Below are positions 30,715 through 38,212 of a stretch of 51,022 bases of DNA, one piece after another (position 1 is the stretch's first letter; every line of letters starts with the position of its first letter). Source of the stretch: an uncultured bacterium (lineage in GTDB: Bacteria; Hydrogenedentota; Hydrogenedentia; Hydrogenedentales; SLHB01). The translations under genes and the position numbers were made by a program. Where the stretch lies: the NCBI GenBank assembly GCA_937928585.1, contig CALEZK010000361.1, forward strand, positions 1 to 51,022, read 5' to 3'. The notes beneath the pieces are model-generated. The model was not told the DNA's origin, ran no database searches, and saw nothing but the letters and a program-made list of their open reading frames with translations.

Positions 30715-30955
30715 GCCGTTGCACCCGTTTTCGCACTTCAAACTTGGGAACAGCGAGATACCGGGGCTGAGAGGGAAGGACTCTGGCGACAACGGCAGCA
30801 GTAATCAATTCCAGCGCAGACAACCACTGACGATTCGATTACGGTGTTGGCGTGCTTTACGTGAACGCCGATGCGTATGTGCGTTTGGCCAGATCAGACG
30901 CAATAGTTGTTACGAACTCGGGCTATTGAGAGTTTAGGGGAGGGGTTGAACGGCC

Positions 30956-32941
30956 ATGGCGGAAGAACAGCGTCAAGCACACCTGGGTGATGCGCTTGTC
31001 AAAAGCGACATTATTACGCGCGCGGAATTGGACGACGCAAAGGCGCGCGAGAAAGAATCTGGCGTTCCGTGGTATCGATCCTTGTTGCAGGTGGGTAAAG
31101 TCACTTACGACATGATCGATCAGGGATTGCGTACTGAAATTCATGTTCCGGGAATGGGCGGCGGATCCAAGTCGAAAGATCAGTCATCGCTCGGCAAAGC
31201 TTTGCTCGACATCAAGGCGATCACGCAATCACAATTGAACGAAGCTTTGGCGGAACAAAAGAGCACGGGGCGACTCCTCGGCGAAATACTGATGAGTCGC
31301 GGACTGGTTACGCGCCGAATCATCAATGTGGCGCTCGCGAAACAATCGGGCATGGAATTCAGCGAACTGGATGAAACGCCGAGCTATCAGAACGCGCTCG
31401 ATGCGATTCCGGAAAGTTATGCGCTGAAGTATCAGATGATACCGATCCAGTTGGAAGGCGATCGGTTGACGTGCCTCATCAGCAAGCCGCAATTGCGCAA
31501 CAGCATCGGCGATCTGGGCGTCTTGCTCGGCAAGCGCATGCATCCGATGATGACAACGTGCGACGACATCAAGGCCGAAATTCGCGCGCGGTATAAAGGC
31601 AAATCCATCGTTTCGGGCTCGCGCAAAACTGCCGCGCCCGAAGCGCCGACATTGACAGTGAAGAAAGACAAGGAACGCACTGATGCCGTCGCGAAAGGCG
31701 GCAAAAAGAAAGCAGCCAAGGAGGAGAAAGCAGCCGTGGCCACAGCGCAGGAACCAAAAGAAAAACGCCGCTTCGACGAGATAGCGAAAGAAGCGCAGGG
31801 CGCACCGGTCATCAAGCTGGTGTCGACAATAATTGAAGGCGCAATCAATTCGGGTGCAACAGACGTTCACATGGATCCGCAGGAACCGGAAATGCGCGTG
31901 CGGTACCGAATCGACGGCGTCCTGCACGACGTCATGAGCATTGCGCCGGACATCGAAGCCGCGGTGATATCCCGTATCAAGATCATGTCCGATCTCGACA
32001 TCACCGAAACGCGCCATCCCCAGGACGGCCACATTCGCATCGATTCAAAAATGGGCGAATTCGACGTGCGCGTCGCAACCTTGCCGACGTATCTTGGCGA
32101 ACGCGTTGTGCTGCGCCTGCTGGATCAGTCTTCGGTGCTCTCTGGTATCAAAGATCTTGGTCTTGAACCGGAAGATGAGAAAATTCTCACTCGGATGGTT
32201 TCCCAACCCTACGGCATGATTCTCGTGACGGGTCCGACCGGCAGCGGAAAGACTACGACGCTGTATGCGGCACTGAATCAGAAGAACGTGTTGACGGACA
32301 GTATCGTCACCATTGAAGATCCCGTCGAGTATCAGTTGTCGGGAATTAATCAGGTCCAAATAGATCCGGATATTGATGTGACCTTCGCGAGCACCTTACG
32401 CGCGTCGCTGCGGCAGGATATCGACGTGCTGCTTGTCGGCGAAATCCGCGATGCGGACACCGCCCGCATTGCCATTCGCGCGGCCATGACCGGACACCTC
32501 GTATTCAGCACCTTGCATACCAATGATGCGCCGGAAACGATTTCAACCCTGCGCAACATGCAGGTGCCGTCCTATCTCATTGCAAGTGCGCTTACGGCGA
32601 TTGTCGCACAGCGCCTGGTCCGCAAGATTTGCCCGGATTGCAGAGAAGCCTTTGTGCCCGCGAAGCCTCTGTTGAAGTCCCTTCACCTGCCGGAAACCAC
32701 GAAGAAACTGTATCGCGGCAAGGGCTGTGACTCCTGTTATCACACGGGAAACAAGGGCCGCACCGGTATTTTCGAGATTGTCGAGATTACCAATGAGGTC
32801 CGCAAGATGATTGCCGCCGATGCGGCGATTGAATCCATCACCAAGGCGGCCAAGCTAAAGACCATGGCGGACCGGTGCCGCCAAAAGGTAAAGGACGGAG
32901 TCGTCGCTCCGGAAGAATTCCTGCGCGTAATCCGCACGTAA
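30956..32941 (+). CDS. GspE/PilB-family secretion/pilus ATPase with tandem N-terminal MshEN/T2SSE_N-like modules
   Basis: Walker A GPTGSGKTTTL, Walker B DVLLVGEIRD, His box GHLVFSTLHTN, and tetracysteine CPDC..CDSC. N-terminal residues 78-130 read SLGKALLDIKAITQSQLNEALAEQ-KSTGR-LLGEILMSRGLVTRRIINVALAKQ. Confidence 0.92.
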   Translation: MAEEQRQAHLGDALVKSDIITRAELDDAKAREKESGVPWYRSLLQVGKVTYDMIDQGLRTEIHVPGMGGGSKSKDQSSLGKALLDIKAITQSQLNEALAEQKSTGRLLGEILMSRGLVTRRIINVALAKQSGMEFSELDETPSYQNALDAIPESYALKYQMIPIQLEGDRLTCLISKPQLRNSIGDLGVLLGKRMHPMMTTCDDIKAEIRARYKGKSIVSGSRKTAAPEAPTLTVKKDKERTDAVAKGGKKKAAKEEKAAVATAQEPKEKRRFDEIAKEAQGAPVIKLVSTIIEGAINSGATDVHMDPQEPEMRVRYRIDGVLHDVMSIAPDIEAAVISRIKIMSDLDITETRHPQDGHIRIDSKMGEFDVRVATLPTYLGERVVLRLLDQSSVLSGIKDLGLEPEDEKILTRMVSQPYGMILVTGPTGSGKTTTLYAALNQKNVLTDSIVTIEDPVEYQLSGINQVQIDPDIDVTFASTLRASLRQDIDVLLVGEIRDADTARIAIRAAMTGHLVFSTLHTNDAPETISTLRNMQVPSYLIASALTAIVAQRLVRKICPDCREAFVPAKPLLKSLHLPETTKKLYRGKGCDSCYHTGNKGRTGIFEIVEITNEVRKMIAADAAIESITKAAKLKTMADRCRQKVKDGVVAPEEFLRVIRT

Positions 32942-32954
32942 CAGTCACGTTAGA

Positions 32955-32994
32955 ACTCCCGGGCCTCACTTCCGTGACGCCCGGGAGTTTTTTT
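32955..32994 (+). terminator. rho-independent terminator
   Basis: ACTCCCGGGC (32955-32964), a 14-nt loop, GCCCGGGAGT (32979-32988), then a T-run to 32994. Confidence 0.85.
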
Positions 32995-33110
32995 GTCCGT
33001 CCGCATCACGCAATGCTCAGAATTTTAGGGTTTCGCACGGCGGATCGCTTGCAATTCCACCCACCCTCTGCTACATTGCCGCGCGGGGAATCCGCCTGGG
33101 ACACAGCGGT

Positions 33111-33130
33111 TGTGAATAAGGTGTGGATAA
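33111..33130 (-). promoter_or_regulatory. two adjacent DnaA boxes, one helical turn apart
   Basis: TGTGAATAA (33111-33119, one mismatch) and TGTGGATAA (33122-33130, a perfect complement of TTATCCACA). Confidence 0.6.
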
Positions 33131-33393
33131 GTGAATGTGTCCGGTCCCATCCAAACCTTTCCTCAACTGCCGCTACGAAGAGTAAATCCGTATCAATACG
33201 AGACTTCCGTACGGATTCGCGCCCGGGGATATGCGCTCTTGATTAGCGCTTAAGTTATTACATTTGAATATGATACCAACTATTTTCACCGTGGCAACAT
33301 CCATCGTATTCTCGGAATCAGGCATTCACTATACTTTCGAGGTTTCGACGAGGGAAATACAGATTCTCCGCACGTAAGTCTATTAGATTGGCG

Positions 33394-33402
33394 TGTGGAT
33401 AA
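33394..33402 (-). promoter_or_regulatory. perfect DnaA box
   Basis: TGTGGATAA at 33394-33402. A weaker TTATCCCCG lies at 33481-33489 in the opposite orientation. Confidence 0.55.
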
Positions 33403-33729
33403 ATGTAAATATAGGCTCGGTGGAAGAAGTAAGGGATAAGACCCAAATTCCGGTGGAAAGTTGTTGGAAAAGGCTTTGGGTTATCCCCGAAATTGGTGCG
33501 CTATTCATCCTGTTTTACAGGAAAGATCGGGGTACGGGTGAATACCAGTAAACTGAAATACGATGCGTGCAGAAGTTATTCAGGTGAGATCCTTCGGCCA
33601 GTATTGATGAAGACGTGGCTTTCCACAGTTTCCACAATGTCTACTGTGACGGCTACTTTTCTTATATCTAAATAGATAAGAGTAAATACCCGAAAACTTT
33701 CACATACTTCTTGAAGTGGAGACGACCGA

Positions 33730-34836
33730 ATGAAGATTCGCATTCCCCGGCAAGACCTCCTTGAAGCGGTCAATAAAGTAAAGACGGTGGTTTCGCCAAA
33801 ATCGGCCTTACCCATCCTTTCTCATATTCTCATGGAAGCCGAGGAGAACGCGCTTAAACTCACTGCAACGGATCTCAAAGTCAGTATTGAGTGCACAGTT
33901 GACTGTACCGTCAAGGAAGCGGGCTCGCTTACCGTATCGTCGCAACGACTCTCGTCCATTCTCGCAGAACTTCCGGAAGGGGAGATATCTCTCGATTTGG
34001 CGGGCAATAGCGTAATCAATCTTGAATGCGGCAAGATCAAGACCAAACTATTCAGCATGAGCGCAGACGAGTTCCCGCCCGTCCGGACCTTTGAGGGAGT
34101 GGAACCACTCACGATTGAGCAAAAGGTCTTGAAAAAGATGTTTCAGAAGACCAGCTTTGCCATTTGCTCTGATCAGGCGCGATACAATCTCACTGGTTTG
34201 CTGTGTGAGATTGCGGACGGTAAATTTACTGCTGTAGCCACCGATGGACGCCGCATGAGCCTCTATTCCGAAAAGGAAGGGATTCCCCGCGGCGTAAACA
34301 TTAAAGTGATTATTCCTGGAAAGATGATCACTGAGCTTGAGCGCCTTCTTGCTGAAAATGGGGAAGTGCTGGTCTATCTCGATGAAAGCCAAGCCGCGTT
34401 CCAGTTCGATTCGCTGCGCCTTGTTACAGCCCTGATCGAAGGCAATTTCCCGAATTACGACATGGTGATTCCCAAGAAGCACGACAAGGAAGGCGTAATC
34501 CCCACTGCCACGTTTATGGAAGCCATGCGTCGTACACGCACCATGACCAACGACAAGTTTAATTCCGTCCGCGTCACGGTCAGCGGAAACCAAATGAAAT
34601 TGAACGTGGTGACGCCGGAAGTGGGTGAGTACGAGGAAGAGTTGGAGTGTGAGTTTGAAGGTGGCACCATCGATATCGCGTTCAACCCGGACTTCGTAAT
34701 CGAGGTACTCCGACGTATCGACACGGAAAAACTCTCCCTGGTTCTGAAAGACGCATCCAGCCCGGGCCTTTTGAAGCCCTACGAAGAAAAGAGTTCACAC
34801 CAGTACTTGAACGTCATCATGCCGATACGGATCTAA
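33730..34836 (+). CDS. dnaN: DNA polymerase III subunit beta (sliding clamp)
   Basis: 368 aa. MKIRIPRQDLLEAVNKVKTVVSPKSALPILSHILMEA..LKLTATDL fits the clamp, and the length suits three domains. Confidence 0.95.
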   Translation: MKIRIPRQDLLEAVNKVKTVVSPKSALPILSHILMEAEENALKLTATDLKVSIECTVDCTVKEAGSLTVSSQRLSSILAELPEGEISLDLAGNSVINLECGKIKTKLFSMSADEFPPVRTFEGVEPLTIEQKVLKKMFQKTSFAICSDQARYNLTGLLCEIADGKFTAVATDGRRMSLYSEKEGIPRGVNIKVIIPGKMITELERLLAENGEVLVYLDESQAAFQFDSLRLVTALIEGNFPNYDMVIPKKHDKEGVIPTATFMEAMRRTRTMTNDKFNSVRVTVSGNQMKLNVVTPEVGEYEEELECEFEGGTIDIAFNPDFVIEVLRRIDTEKLSLVLKDASSPGLLKPYEEKSSHQYLNVIMPIRI

Positions 34837-34929
34837 CTTACTGCTGGCAGTGAGACATCGACCCACATCGGATACCCGGTATCTTTGATCCAAGGCGTTT
34901 TTCTGGAATACAACATCCCGAATTCACCC

Positions 34930-34938
34930 TGTGGATAA
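34930..34938 (-). promoter_or_regulatory. perfect DnaA box downstream of dnaN
   Basis: TGTGGATAA at 34930-34938. Confidence 0.5.
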
Positions 34939-35040
34939 CAATCGATCCAGTGAAGCCATGGAACCTTGTTCCACGTAATGATTGGACGAATCGTTCAGAG
35001 ATGAATCATAAATTATCACCCGAAAGCATGCGGTAAACAT

Positions 35041-35100
35041 ATACTATCACTTGATTTAACGTTTAGATCCTTATATGGAAGTGATTTTATTGATTTTGAA
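35041..35100. other. AT-rich tract with TGATTT-type short repeats (candidate DNA-unwinding element)
   Basis: ATACTATCACTTGATTTAACGTTTAGATCCTTATATGGAAGTGATTTTATTGATTTTGAA. TTGATTTTG recurs at 35251-35259. Confidence 0.35.
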
Positions 35101-35293
35101 AGTTAAAGAAACTGGCAAGTTTAGGGTGTCCTGAAAAGAGTGGAAAACTTGTTGATAGACGGGTTTTTGGTTACGAAATCCGGATTCAGCCAAGCTGGCA
35201 GATTCACTACGGTTTCGCCCAATGAATAGAATCTTGGCTTCCTTTTCCTATTGATTTTGCAACCACGGGATGGCAGCATATCGCGAATCTTCG

Positions 35294-35376
35294 CCTGCCG
35301 AAACTGGCGATGCGACGTGGAACTAACCACGGGGAATCGGCAGGGATTCTTCAATAAACGCCGTTCGCCTGGGCAC
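35294..35376 (+). ncRNA. ZTP riboswitch (pfl motif)-like aptamer in the gcv operon leader
   Basis: P1 is CCUGCCG (35294-35300) paired with CGGCAGG (35338-35344). The conserved ACUGGCG is at 35303-35309. P2 is GUGG-AACUAA-CCAC (35317-35330), followed by GGGGA (35331-35335). After a 15-nt linker, the 3' subdomain GCC-GUUCGCCU-GGGCA (35360-35375) offers a CGCC/GGCG pseudoknot. Confidence 0.8.
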
Positions 35377-35447
35377 TTTGGCACCGCTGGTGTGGCATGC
35401 CATGGAAGTACGATCGCAGGTAATACTGCTGACCCGGAGGCGGAAGA

Positions 35448-36530
35448 ATGCGGCGCACTCCTCTCTATGATGAACATATTGCTTTGGGAGGCAAGGTAGT
35501 CGACTTTCACGGTTGGGCCTTGCCTGTGCAGTTCGCCGGAATTCTGGACGAACATCACCATACGCGATCCAAAGCAGCGCTATTCGATTGTTCGCACATG
35601 GGCGAGTTCATTGTGACAGGTCAGGATGCCGTGCAGGCATTCAGCGATCTCGTTTGTCTCGACCCTTTCAAAATCCCAATTGGCCGCGGAAAATATGGCG
35701 CCATTCTACAAGAAGACGGCGGTATCATCGATGATGTTATTGCATTCCGATTGGGTGAGTTTGATTTGTTTGTCGTGACGAATGCTGGGCCGCTGGATAT
35801 CGTTTCTAAAAAGTTGTGCGCTGAACAGGCCAAGTTCGCATCTGATTCCGTATTGCGAGATGTTTCCAACGACACCGCGAAAATTGATATTCAGGGTCCC
35901 ATCGCTCGAGATGTGCTTTTGTCCGAGATTCCGGAATGTGGATCATTGAAGTATTACCAGGCGCGTCGCGCTCAATGGAAGGGTATCGACATCGTATTGG
36001 CGCGGACCGGCTATACCGGCGAGATGGGTTTTGAATTATTTGTGCCGAATCGAATCGCTGTGGATCTCTGGCGTGCATTACTGGCATATCCAAACGTGAA
36101 GCCCGCGGGGCTCGGGGCGCGGGACACCTTGCGTACAGAAATGTGTTACGGATTGTCTGGACAGGATTTCGATACCTCGCGAACACCCTTGGAAGCTGCC
36201 ATGGCATCGTTTATCGCGTGGGATAAAGATTTCGTTGGTAAACAGTCATTGGTTGCGCAACGCGATTCCGGAAACTATGCAGTCCTGACACCAATCAAGA
36301 CGGCAGATCGTCGTGCCCCTCGACATGGATTCGATGTACAACATAACGGTTCCGTTGTAGGCGTTGTTACCAGTGGAACCTTTGGGCCCAGTGTGGGTCA
36401 CGGCGTCGGCCTCGCTTATCTGCCGCAAGAACTTTTGCATCCAGGAACGAAACTTACCGCTGGACCAAAAGAACTCGAAATAGAAGTTACTTCCGTTCCC
36501 ATATATACCGCCGGTACCTGCAGAAGCTAA
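35448..36530 (+). CDS. gcvT: glycine cleavage system aminomethyltransferase T
   Basis: RRTPLYDEHIALGGKVVDFHGWALPVQF..ALFDCSHMGEF..ARTGYTGEMGFE. GGAGG lies 7 nt upstream of the ATG. Confidence 0.95.
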   Translation: MRRTPLYDEHIALGGKVVDFHGWALPVQFAGILDEHHHTRSKAALFDCSHMGEFIVTGQDAVQAFSDLVCLDPFKIPIGRGKYGAILQEDGGIIDDVIAFRLGEFDLFVVTNAGPLDIVSKKLCAEQAKFASDSVLRDVSNDTAKIDIQGPIARDVLLSEIPECGSLKYYQARRAQWKGIDIVLARTGYTGEMGFELFVPNRIAVDLWRALLAYPNVKPAGLGARDTLRTEMCYGLSGQDFDTSRTPLEAAMASFIAWDKDFVGKQSLVAQRDSGNYAVLTPIKTADRRAPRHGFDVQHNGSVVGVVTSGTFGPSVGHGVGLAYLPQELLHPGTKLTAGPKELEIEVTSVPIYTAGTCRS

Positions 36531-36542
36531 GGAGCCCAGACC

Positions 36543-36926
36543 ATGTATCCCGATGACTGTAAATACACCAAAGAACACGAATGGATTCGCGCAGAGGGGG
36601 GCTTGTATGCCGTGGGCATCACCAGCTTTGCCGCGGAACAACTTGGCGACGTAACCTACGTTGACTTGCCAAAGCCGGGTAAGCAAGTAAAGCAGGGCGA
36701 ATCCACCGCCGCCGTCGAATCCGTTAAAGCTGCGAGTGACATATACGCGCCTGCGGGGGGCCGCGTCGTGGAAGTAAATACCGCGCTGGGAGATGCGCCT
36801 GAATTGGTCAATGAGGGACCATTCGAAGCAGGTTGGTTTTTTAAGCTCGAAGGGGTCGATGCCGCCGAACTTTCCAATTTGATGGATGCTAAAGCATACG
36901 CCGCATATGTGGAGGCGCAACACTAA
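36543..36926 (+). CDS. gcvH: glycine cleavage system protein H
   Basis: YTKEHEWIR..GITSFAAEQLGDVTYVDLP..ESVKAASDIYAP (lipoyl-Lys motif). Confidence 0.95.
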   Translation: MYPDDCKYTKEHEWIRAEGGLYAVGITSFAAEQLGDVTYVDLPKPGKQVKQGESTAAVESVKAASDIYAPAGGRVVEVNTALGDAPELVNEGPFEAGWFFKLEGVDAAELSNLMDAKAYAAYVEAQH

Positions 36927-38212
36927 TGTCGTGGGCTCCAGCGACCGCCTCAGAGCGGGATGATATGCTTTCCGTCATCGGCGTAAAGACGATCGAAGAT
37001 TTATTTACCTCCGTGCCGGCGCACCTGCGTCCGAAATCGTGGAACCTTCCTGCGGGGATCTCGGAAATGGCCGTGCGCGATGAGATGGCAAAGATCGCCG
37101 CGAAGAATGCCGCAGCACATACCAGTTTCCTCGGTGGAGGTGCATACGATCATTACATCCCCGCGGCGATTGATGCGCTCGTTTCGCGCGGAGAGTTTTA
37201 TACCGCATACACGCCGTATCAACCTGAATGCGCGCAAGGAACCCTGCAAAGCATTTACGAATACCAATCCGCGATTTGTCGATTGACAGACATGGAATTC
37301 GCGAACGCTTCGCTGTATGACGGCGGAACGGCGGTCTTCGAGGCAACGACCATGTCCGTGCGTATCACAGGTCGCAGCAAGATTGTCGTTCATGATTCGC
37401 TTAGTCCCATATACCGCCGTATGCTTGACACGCACACTGCACACCTGCAACTGGATATAGTTACCGGGGACGATCCGACCGACGCCGCGTGCGTTATCGT
37501 TCAGAACCCAAGTTTTCTCGGTACGATTGCCGACTACACTGCGCTGGCGAAGCGTTGCCACGATGCCGGCGCGCTCTTGGTTATCTCCTTCTATCCGATT
37601 TCACTGGGACTCGTGAAGTCGCCAGGGGAAATGGGAGCGGATATCTGTATCGCAGAAGGACAGTGTCTCGGCGTTCCCCTTGCTTTCGGCGGTCCGTGGT
37701 TGGGAATTATGGCTACTCGAAAGGAACACGTTCGGAAGATGCCCGGCCGCATCGCCGCGGAAACTTCGGACGCGCAAGGCCGACGAGGATTCGTCCTCAC
37801 GTTGCAGGCACGCGAACAGCACATACGCCGTGACAAAGCCATGTCCAACATTTGCTCGAATGAAGCGCTTTGCGCGCTTCGGGCGCTGATGTATATGTCG
37901 CTGATGGGCAAGGAAGGATTCCGGGACGTTGCGCGGCATTGTTATTCAAAAGCCGAGTACCTCAAGTCGAAGCTTACCTTCGCGACAGTATTGAACGAAG
38001 GTCCGACCTTTAATGAATTCGCGGTGCGCCTTCCAAAGAATGCGGAAACAGTGATTGCCGAGATGGCGAAACGCGGATATCTCGCGGGATTGCCTCTCTC
38101 TTCGCTCGACGCAGGTGCGGATACCGACTTGCTCATTGCCGTTACCGAACGCCGTTCACGCGCCGAACTCGACGCGTTTTCCGCAGCGTTGGAGGAAGTT
38201 TCATGCAATTAA
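36926..38212 (+). CDS. gcvPA: glycine dehydrogenase (aminomethyl-transferring) subunit 1
   Basis: 428 aa. FLGGGAYDHYIPAAID..YTPYQPECAQGTLQ fits subunit 1, and a TAATG overlap joins it to gcvH. Confidence 0.93.
   Translation: MSWAPATASERDDMLSVIGVKTIEDLFTSVPAHLRPKSWNLPAGISEMAVRDEMAKIAAKNAAAHTSFLGGGAYDHYIPAAIDALVSRGEFYTAYTPYQPECAQGTLQSIYEYQSAICRLTDMEFANASLYDGGTAVFEATTMSVRITGRSKIVVHDSLSPIYRRMLDTHTAHLQLDIVTGDDPTDAACVIVQNPSFLGTIADYTALAKRCHDAGALLVISFYPISLGLVKSPGEMGADICIAEGQCLGVPLAFGGPWLGIMATRKEHVRKMPGRIAAETSDAQGRRGFVLTLQAREQHIRRDKAMSNICSNEALCALRALMYMSLMGKEGFRDVARHCYSKAEYLKSKLTFATVLNEGPTFNEFAVRLPKNAETVIAEMAKRGYLAGLPLSSLDAGADTDLLIAVTERRSRAELDAFSAALEEVSCN

Noticed and set aside
30715-30830. TPP, c-di-GMP or ZTP riboswitch in the PilB-like leader, prompted by GGGGCUGAGAGG and GGACUCUGGCGA.
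   Set aside because: Only isolated short matches are present. There is no ACCUGAU / GGAUAAUGCCAGCGUAGGGA (TPP), no GCAAAGCC-type GEMM core, and no downstream CCGCCUGGGC (ZTP). I kept it only as an unclassified long leader.
32875-33815. ORFs 32875-33246(+), 33493-33675(+) and 33576-33815(-) in the dnaN upstream region.
   Set aside because: They have no motifs or plausible RBS. They span the terminator and the DnaA-box, AT-rich region, which is better explained as non-coding (candidate origin or promoter region).
35130-35447. Glycine riboswitch, the expected element upstream of gcvT.
   Set aside because: I could not find its conserved cores (GGAGAG, CACCGAAGGGGCAA-like, CUCAGGCAAAAGGAC-like) on either strand. 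The region fits the ZTP/pfl architecture instead.
35121-35561. ORF 35121-35561(-), 146 aa.
   Set aside because: It overlaps the gcvT start and the riboswitch-like leader on the opposite strand and has no recognisable features.
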